The position numbers were made by a program, and so were the translations under genes. 64,000 nucleotides of DNA, from the IMG/VR virus record IMGVR_UViG_3300042400_001066. One strand, 5' to 3'. The notes under the pieces were generated by a model. It did no database searches. It saw only the letters and a list, made by a program, of their open reading frames with translations, and was not told the DNA's origin. Shown piece after piece: positions 57,758 to 64,000 of this stretch. Source of the stretch: an uncultured virus (IMG/VR IMGVR_UViG_3300042400_001066). Taxonomy: Duplodnaviria > Heunggongvirae > Uroviricota > Caudoviricetes. Numbering within the stretch: the stretch's first letter is position 1; each line of letters begins with the position of its first letter.

Positions 57758-57772
57758 AACTTTAAATTTAAT

Positions 57773-59803
57773 TTATTTGGCTTCATACCATGATTTTCCA
57801 ATATTACTTTCAGCACTCATAAATAGTGTAGGGTTGGTGAGAAATATATTACCCCCCTCTATCATACTTTTTTCCAGTATTCTAGCATATTTTTCTGATA
57901 GGAGAGTCTCAGTTTCCAAAACTATCTCATCATGTATTACATTAGCTATTCTCGCTTTCCAATAGTCATTGTTTTTTTCAATTTCATTAAATAACAATAC
58001 TGTAGCCATTTTAGTTTGATGGGCAGCAGTGCCTTGTGTAGGAGCATTTAAGCATAGTCTCATATACTGAGATTTTAAACTGAAATAATCCTTCATCATA
58101 AGTTTATTTGCATTAAAGCAATTGTAAGCCCCCATATCTGATATTACATACGAACTCCCTTTATCTTTAGCTTTCTCAAATTTCAGATTTTCTTGCTTAC
58201 CCACTCTATATTTATTCCAAAAATCTCTATCCATATTTGAAATCTTCTCATCAAGGTCTTTGAAAATATCAAACATTGGTAGCTTTAATTTAAATCCCAT
58301 TGCATATTGAATATACCCAAATTCTAAAGCTTCCTTTAGCTTATTTTCCCCATAAGAGTACACTCCATTATGTAATTCTTTGAATAATTTTTCAATACGT
58401 TCTCCTTCCTCTATAGATAATCCTTCATTCTCTGCTAAAGTAAATCCAGTGCCTCCAAATTGGAAACAAAACCTAGGTGCTTTAGAAGCATTTCGCTTGG
58501 CTTTATGGGTTTTAATAATTTCTTCGTCAGAAAGATCTAATAATTCAGGGTAGAGAACTCTAGCAAAGGCACAGTGTAAGTCCTTTCCTTCCACTATAGA
58601 AGAAATCATGGCTTGGTCTCCAGTAATATCAGCCCCTACAACTGTTTCTTGCCCTGCGTAGTCAGCTACAATAATGTCAAATCCTTCATTTGCCACGAAA
58701 CATTCTCTTGTTTCTTTATTGGAAGGGAAATTCAAAAAGTTTATCTCTCCCTTTCTTGAAGATAGTCTAGCAGTGTCTACTATCGGTTTGAAGTGGGTGT
58801 ATATTCTTCCATCCCTTATTTTAGAATAAATACCCTCTCCAAAAGTAGTTACATTATGCTCCACTTCTTTATATTTAAGCCACATTTTTACAAACTCATG
58901 ATTTGACTTAGCTATAACTCCTTTTTCTAAACTTTCTTTTATCTCTCCTTTTTCTTTATAAGTGACATTTATACCTAAATCTTTAAACACTTCTATCATT
59001 TGTTTAGGAGAACTTAATAGGCAATTTACTTTCCTTTCGTTGCTAAACATATCCATCTGTAAAACTCTATATTTAGGCAGGGTGTCAAAAATATAATCAA
59101 TTATTTCTCTCTCACATTTTTTGTATTGGGAATAATCTTTATCCATTTTTGCTTTCCACCTATCCTTTGATATTGGAAGTCCGCATAACTCCATATATGT
59201 AAGTGCCCTGATATGTCTACAATGCAATTTATAAGAATCTATGGCTTCATAATCTTTTAATTTAATCACTAAATCATTGTGTAACTCTAATAGTCTATCA
59301 ACATCATTAAAGCAATATTGAATTGTGGATGGCTGCGATAACTGAACTCTAGCAATATTAGCTTGTTCTGTTTTGTCGTATATAACCCCTAGCTCTCTTT
59401 GCATACAATTCTTAAAAGAATGTGATACTCCGAATTCTCCATTGTGTAGAATCATAGATGCCAACATCGTATCTCCCACTTTTTTAGGGAAGTAATTCTT
59501 GATAAAGAAGAAACTCAAATCGAAGGCACTATTATGAAATATCATAACCTTATCCAATATAAAAGGCATAACTTCCTCTAAATTAATTATATTCTCTTTA
59601 TGTGTCTGCAAATCAATTAGATAATTATTTGTCCCTGTTCCTATTTGAATGGCAAAAATTTCTCCTTCAAAAGCAGAGAGGGAAGTAGTCTCTGTATCTA
59701 CCGCTATTATTTCAGGAAGCACCATGTCTTCAAGATTACAGTAACTATACTCCCCTATTTTTTGGAAAAAGGATTTGTTTTTTGTGATTATGTGGTTTGT
59801 CAT
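57773..59803 (-). CDS. polA: DNA polymerase family A with 3'-5' exonuclease
   Basis: Exonuclease motifs AVDTET, FHNSAFD and YCFND; polymerase motifs TARLSS, ADYAGQE (A), R..SK..F (B) and VIHDE (C). Confidence 0.93.
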   Translation of the reverse strand: MTNHIITKNKSFFQKIGEYSYCNLEDMVLPEIIAVDTETTSLSAFEGEIFAIQIGTGTNNYLIDLQTHKENIINLEEVMPFILDKVMIFHNSAFDLSFFFIKNYFPKKVGDTMLASMILHNGEFGVSHSFKNCMQRELGVIYDKTEQANIARVQLSQPSTIQYCFNDVDRLLELHNDLVIKLKDYEAIDSYKLHCRHIRALTYMELCGLPISKDRWKAKMDKDYSQYKKCEREIIDYIFDTLPKYRVLQMDMFSNERKVNCLLSSPKQMIEVFKDLGINVTYKEKGEIKESLEKGVIAKSNHEFVKMWLKYKEVEHNVTTFGEGIYSKIRDGRIYTHFKPIVDTARLSSRKGEINFLNFPSNKETRECFVANEGFDIIVADYAGQETVVGADITGDQAMISSIVEGKDLHCAFARVLYPELLDLSDEEIIKTHKAKRNASKAPRFCFQFGGTGFTLAENEGLSIEEGERIEKLFKELHNGVYSYGENKLKEALEFGYIQYAMGFKLKLPMFDIFKDLDEKISNMDRDFWNKYRVGKQENLKFEKAKDKGSSYVISDMGAYNCFNANKLMMKDYFSLKSQYMRLCLNAPTQGTAAHQTKMATVLLFNEIEKNNDYWKARIANVIHDEIVLETETLLSEKYARILEKSMIEGGNIFLTNPTLFMSAESNIGKSWYEAK

Positions 59804-60679
59804 TTAGAAAAAAGTTAAGGTATCTTCTTCAGGGATTTCTTGCCAATCATTTTCAATGTACTTGTCAATCTTATCCAAAGTTTCTTCTAAAATACGTTTA
59901 CCTTCCATCTCGTCTTTATAAGATAGGGGGTATACTAGCACACTATCTACTTTGGTAGAATTGCATACCACCCAATGAAAAGTTTTTAGTACATAATGGT
60001 TCAAATCATTTTTCTCCATCCAGTCTTCCACCCCTTTTGTATACAAAGCCCCCTGTAAGTGATACAAATATTTTTGCACACTATCAGGAAATTTCGGAGG
60101 GTAGCTGCTGGATTTCAAATCAGTGATAATAATCTCTTGTCTATCATGATCTACTTTTAAATAATCTGTCTTTATAAAAAAGTTATATCCTCTGTATTGA
60201 AAACTCCACTCAAACTGAGCCTTACCATTACTGAATAAATAGGTGGCTTCTCTATCTTTTAGCACATTATTGGCAATAGAGGTTCCTAATTCAAAATTAG
60301 GTTTTAGAAACTTACCTTTTGGATTTTTTGCATATTCAATATATTCAGGAAACTCCAGAACGGATTCTTTTATTTTCTCAAAATTCTTAGATTTCACATC
60401 TAATATACCGCAAACCTTTTCTAAGTTTTCCATAGAAAGATCATAGTTATACTCCTCTGTAAAAATATTTTCAATAATAGCCTTAATTTGAGGCTTTGGA
60501 ATAGAAATATCTATAATAGTTTCAGTGATAGGCTCATCAAAAACTATCTTATCTATAATAGACCCTTTCTCTAAAGCATTATTTCTTTTATATACAGGGT
60601 TTAAAAATCCTTGTACTCCTTCTTTTATAAGTCTAGTGAGAGAACTATAACTTAATCTGTCTTTTTCTTTATTAAACAT
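59804..60679 (-). CDS. PD-(D/E)XK exonuclease (RecE-like)
   Basis: LSYSSL N-terminus; KTDYL..ITDLKSS..YHLQGALY. Confidence 0.75.
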   Translation of the reverse strand: MFNKEKDRLSYSSLTRLIKEGVQGFLNPVYKRNNALEKGSIIDKIVFDEPITETIIDISIPKPQIKAIIENIFTEEYNYDLSMENLEKVCGILDVKSKNFEKIKESVLEFPEYIEYAKNPKGKFLKPNFELGTSIANNVLKDREATYLFSNGKAQFEWSFQYRGYNFFIKTDYLKVDHDRQEIIITDLKSSSYPPKFPDSVQKYLYHLQGALYTKGVEDWMEKNDLNHYVLKTFHWVVCNSTKVDSVLVYPLSYKDEMEGKRILEETLDKIDKYIENDWQEIPEEDTLTFF

Positions 60680-60782
60680 GTTTATTTTTTTTTAAATGGA
60701 CAATAATTTTTATATTTATTATTTCAGTATTTATTGGCATTTAAGTTTAATTTGTGTTACAAAAATTTCGTAAAGCATCGAG

Positions 60783-60989
60783 TTATGGAACAGATTGCCT
60801 TGAGCCACATTTATCACAATATCGACTTGCAGGAAATCCGAAATGGTCATACATATCAACAAGCCAATCGTGTTGGCAATCCGATTCCATAACATCAAAT
60901 AAACGCAATATGAGTTCGTGCGCTTCTTGAAGTGTTATCTCACCATCATCCATCTGGCATAGTATCAAATATGTTTCTGTTGCTTTCAT
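60783..60989 (-). CDS. Small protein with C-terminal Cys/His zinc-ribbon-like motif
   Basis: CQHDW..YCDKCG. Confidence 0.55.
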   Translation of the reverse strand: MKATETYLILCQMDDGEITLQEAHELILRLFDVMESDCQHDWLVDMYDHFGFPASRYCDKCGSRQSVP

Positions 60990-61010
60990 ACTGCGTTTAT
61001 TTGCGTTCCG

Positions 61011-61343
61011 TTATACCACATTTTCCCAATCATCCATATCCTCCATTATTTCAATTTTTCCTTGTCCTTGTTCTATTATTTTATTTAAAATATCTAATCC
61101 ATAAGAAGTTGCTGTTCCATATCCCTTCTTATGGCACTTATAACAACTTCCGCTAAAGCCAATAAAATAATAGAAGTCCTCGTCTTGCTCTACTTTATTG
61201 ATTCCAGAGTTTAATTTCCATCTGTCACCGTCAAGATAGCCACCAGACCAAGTTCCAAAAACTTTATAGTAGTTGTTTGGGAGTTTTAATATAACCCATC
61301 GTTCAGGTTTTTCGCTTATATTTCTATTCAAACAGTTATGCAC
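61011..61343 (-). CDS. Conserved phage hypothetical protein
   Basis: PERWVILK..YKVFGTWSGGYLDGDRWKLNSGI..GFSGSCYKCHK. Confidence 0.7.
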   Translation of the reverse strand: MHNCLNRNISEKPERWVILKLPNNYYKVFGTWSGGYLDGDRWKLNSGINKVEQDEDFYYFIGFSGSCYKCHKKGYGTATSYGLDILNKIIEQGQGKIEIMEDMDDWENVV

Positions 61344-61602
61344 TAGCTTTATTCAATGACTTTAAATTGTACTGCTCTGGCATTTTTTTTGCCTTTACTA
61401 ACTTATAATACCATATAGCAACGCCATCTTTGTACCCCTCTAAAATAGTATCTATTTTCCATTCAAATGAACGTCTTAGTGCCATTACCCTTGCTCCTAC
61501 GTTGTTTGCTTTACATTTTTTTTTCATGTCATGAATGTAGCTTTTTTTGTTTTCCTTTAAATACTCTGCTACTAAGTAAGTAGAATTTAATTGCTTTTTC
61601 AT
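61336..61602 (-). CDS. Small basic (possible HTH) protein
   Basis: Start at 61602 (MKKQLNST) preferred because the longer track start runs through the tRNA-like element. Confidence 0.6.
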   Translation of the reverse strand: MKKQLNSTYLVAEYLKENKKSYIHDMKKKCKANNVGARVMALRRSFEWKIDTILEGYKDGVAIWYYKLVKAKKMPEQYNLKSLNKASA

Positions 61603-61630
61603 TCTTTTATAATTTAATGGGTTAAAAATT

Positions 61631-61726
61631 GAGTCAGAACAGGATTCGAACCTGTATTGTGTATGCTTGCACATTACATCATTCACATTCATTAGTGAAT
61701 AGCGTCTACCATTCCGCCACCTGACT
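61631..61726 (-). tRNA. tRNA-like element with Leu-type D-arm and non-canonical anticodon arm (possible pseudo-tRNA)
   Basis: AGTCAGG/TCTGACT acceptor stem, GCG-GAATGGTAGA-CGC D-arm, ACAGG-TTCGAAT-CCTGT T-arm, long variable region; no 7-nt anticodon loop and no encoded CCA. Confidence 0.65.
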
Positions 61727-61731
61727 ATTTT

Positions 61732-61851
61732 TTATGTAAACAGGTACAATAGGATTAGTATAAAAGGTATTAGAACGTAAAATCCAACTGGGTCGAACGG
61801 ATAAAGTACTTCTTCTATTTTCCTATGTGTATTAATAAACATCTTTTTCAT
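61732..61851 (-). CDS. Small membrane peptide (39 aa)
   Basis: Read manually: MKKMFINTHRKIEEVLYPFDPVGFYVLIPFILILLYLFT*, with a C-terminal TM helix. Confidence 0.45.
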   Translation of the reverse strand: MKKMFINTHRKIEEVLYPFDPVGFYVLIPFILILLYLFT

Positions 61852-61885
61852 TCTTTTAGTTTTTAGTTGGTTAATTTATTGGAAA

Positions 61886-62167
61886 TTAATTTTTAAATAA
61901 TTCATTTATATTTTTTGCAGATTCAAAATCATTCATTGAATTAGCAAATTCCTCAAGAACTCCTTTTGGTGTGAAACATATAGTTACATCGTATACTTTA
62001 TTATTGCACCCTACTTCTGCTAAATATGCAGTTAATCCATTTTCAGGAAGTTCAGTTTCTTTTGCAATATCCATAAAAACATTCATTGTTTTTATTGTCA
62101 ATACTTTACTCATGTCTTCTTGACTATTTATTTTTTTATTACCTGTGAATTTTTCTACTTTACTCAT
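61886..62167 (-). CDS. Hypothetical protein
   Basis: 93 aa ORF directly after the helicase gene. Confidence 0.6.
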   Translation of the reverse strand: MSKVEKFTGNKKINSQEDMSKVLTIKTMNVFMDIAKETELPENGLTAYLAEVGCNNKVYDVTICFTPKGVLEEFANSMNDFESAKNINELFKN

Positions 62168-62168
62168 A

Positions 62169-63230
62169 TTATTTTTTATTTTTACTAAGGTTAACTACTG
62201 CAATCTTATCTTTAAATTTATCCATACCATTCAACACCCACTTTTCTTCTAAAGTTCCTTCAGCTACTAAGAAATATATAAAACTTTTCTCATGTACTGC
62301 TATCCTGCAAAATCTTCCGATAAGTTGTTCTTTTGATGAAGGAGAGCTATCTATTCCTAGCACAAATCCATACTTTAAATTTGGTATACTAACGGATTCT
62401 TTTAGGATTCCTACATTTACTAGTCTACCTGATTCAGAGTGATAGAACTCATCATAGTTTTTCTTCTTAGTTTTATTATCCATAGAAGAATTAAACTGAG
62501 AAAACCCAAAACTAGCACCTTGCTCAATACTTCCTGCATATATTAATAACTTTTTATCCGAAAATTTCTCATTAATTAGTCTATTAGCTAGAGCCACTTT
62601 GCTAGGTAATGTATTTAAGAACTGCTTCAGTTTGCCTAATTCAGGAGGGTAGGATTCATTATATGGAGATGTTAAATAATTTTTGTGATGATAATCATAA
62701 ACACTTTTTTCTTCAGGAGTCATCTTATACTTAACCACTACCATTTGAAAATTATTCAATAAATTATTATCAATAGCATTATTGATAAGGTAGGAATAAC
62801 AAATAGGAAAGTATTTGTGAATTTCATGAGTATTGCTTGGAGTACCTGTAAGTCCTAGAATAGATACCGCAGGGTTTATTCTCATAAGTCTCAAACAATT
62901 TTCCAATATAAGATCTTTTTCCTTGTGCATTTCATCTATAATAATCAAATCGTACTTTTCGTTGTAATTTTTCAAAGATTTATTGCATATAAAGGTAATG
63001 TTATTTTCCAAACAACCCCATTTAGTTAATTCATCTTTAAAGTTTTTAATATAAATTTGTCTTGCACCACTAAATAAAATTTTACAATAAGGGTTAGTGC
63101 TTCTGTAGTGTTTAATAATATCAATAGCACACTTTGTCTTTCCCATTCCTACTGCTAGAGCAATAGTGGATCTTCTATCTTTAGAGGATAGGAAAGCGTT
63201 CACTGCTTTTTCCTGGACTTCTGCTTTCAT
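62169..63230 (-). CDS. Superfamily 2 DExH helicase
   Basis: AVGMGKT, IIIDEMH, GLTGTP and QLIGRFCR. Confidence 0.88.
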   Translation of the reverse strand: MKAEVQEKAVNAFLSSKDRRSTIALAVGMGKTKCAIDIIKHYRSTNPYCKILFSGARQIYIKNFKDELTKWGCLENNITFICNKSLKNYNEKYDLIIIDEMHKEKDLILENCLRLMRINPAVSILGLTGTPSNTHEIHKYFPICYSYLINNAIDNNLLNNFQMVVVKYKMTPEEKSVYDYHHKNYLTSPYNESYPPELGKLKQFLNTLPSKVALANRLINEKFSDKKLLIYAGSIEQGASFGFSQFNSSMDNKTKKKNYDEFYHSESGRLVNVGILKESVSIPNLKYGFVLGIDSSPSSKEQLIGRFCRIAVHEKSFIYFLVAEGTLEEKWVLNGMDKFKDKIAVVNLSKNKK

Positions 63231-63466
63231 AGGTAAAATTCACAATCTTCTTTTACTTCTATTTTTTTGTCTTGACTAAAATCAGATGCAAATATAGGCT
63301 CTTCACTTTGCCTATCATAAAGATAGTTTTGTAGCCTAGCACAATCTCTAGCAGGGCAATCTACAGAAATACATCTTGAATAGTCTTTTGGAAGCAAGTA
63401 GGAAGGCTTGGGTATAATTACTATGCCGTCTCCGCCCTCTGGGCAATTATCTATTTTTTTTGTCAT
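63227..63466 (-). CDS. Small Cys-containing hypothetical protein
   Basis: DYSRC...DCPARDCAR..DCEFY. Confidence 0.6.
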   Translation of the reverse strand: MTKKIDNCPEGGDGIVIIPKPSYLLPKDYSRCISVDCPARDCARLQNYLYDRQSEEPIFASDFSQDKKIEVKEDCEFYL

Positions 63467-63496
63467 TTTAATTTAATTTTAAGGGTGATAATTTAT

Positions 63497-64000
63497 TTAT
63501 TTGTAATAAGGTAGTCTATAATGTATAACTCCGCCTGTGTATTCTTTATGTACTAATTGCCAATCTTTATACTTTTCGAATAAAAAATCTAAATAAATAC
63601 ACATAATTTTTACTTGTTTTTCTTCAGAATATCTATTTAAAATATCCATTCCACCTCTTTTACACATAGCAGTCCAGGTACCATCTATAAATTGGAACAT
63701 ACCTTTAGCAGAAGAACTAGAGTTTTTAGCGTTTAAATTTAACCTAGACTCTTTAAATGCAATATACCATAATAAATTATGAGGACAATGATGCTTATCT
63801 ATCAAACTTTTGTGGGTAAAATACAAATAATTCAATCTTTTTTCTTCTTTTAGAGTTAATTTAAGGGGCAAACTTCTTCTGAAATCCGTATATTCAGTGG
63901 CACTATCTTGGCTTTTTACCTCTAAATGCTTAATAGTTTTTTCTTTTTGCTTCAATATGTTTAACATATTTGTATATTTCAAATTTACTGAAACATTATT
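63497..64000 (-). CDS. Lytic transglycosylase (SLT domain) protein, 5' end probably outside the window
   Basis: IAFKESRLNLNAKN..SSAKGMFQFIDGTW; the frame stays open to the window edge. Confidence 0.75.
   Translation of the reverse strand, partial: NNVSVNLKYTNMLNILKQKEKTIKHLEVKSQDSATEYTDFRRSLPLKLTLKEEKRLNYLYFTHKSLIDKHHCPHNLLWYIAFKESRLNLNAKNSSSSAKGMFQFIDGTWTAMCKRGGMDILNRYSEEKQVKIMCIYLDFLFEKYKDWQLVHKEYTGGVIHYRLPYYK

Noticed and set aside
42738..59803. Introns or inteins in nrdJ, helicase or polA, given the adjacent HNH gene
   Set aside because: The genes are continuous, of ordinary length, and lack intein or intron boundary motifs; the HNH gene is free-standing.
1..64000. Stop-codon reassignment (TAG or TGA), as seen in some crAss-like phages
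   Set aside because: ORFs up to 3340 aa are uninterrupted under code 11, coding density is high, and TAG/TGA end genes at sensible positions. No suppressor tRNA is evident.

Overview
AT-rich segment of a dsDNA tailed phage genome, most likely a crAss-like or related podovirus of Bacteroidota. The host inference rests on repeated TAnnTTTG promoters, Q-rule signal peptides and a T9SS sorting domain. The + strand (1-41044) is the late/virion module. It carries tail-fibre-like genes, two holin candidates, a GH19 endolysin, a spanin-like gene, a 657-nt structured non-coding gap, a metallophosphoesterase, crAss-type ring/IHF/tail-tube/muzzle genes, and five large cargo (ejection) proteins of 473-3340 aa. 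The - strand (41124-64000) is the early/replication module, converging on a bidirectional terminator at ~41060. It encodes a class II RNR, dUTPase, primase, SSB, AAA ATPase, DnaB-like helicase, HNH nuclease, family A DNA polymerase, PD-(D/E)XK exonuclease, SF2 helicase, an SLT protein and a tRNA-like element. Four things stand out. (1) A 7-gene envelope cassette (cohesin/dockerin/T9SS protein, CsgG-like protein, beta-barrel candidate, C-type lectin-dockerin, HEXXH peptidase) sits inside the replication module. (2) Two cargo proteins are built from small modules separated by ~25 [YMFK]xxGG motifs that look like polyprotein cleavage sites. (3) A promoter-driven ~340-nt structured RNA candidate and a neighbouring small RNA lie after the lysis genes. 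(4) The cargo proteins carry ART-like, zincin, HhH-like and degenerate nuclease domains but no recognisable virion RNA polymerase. All family assignments are by-eye motif recognition; no database searches were run.
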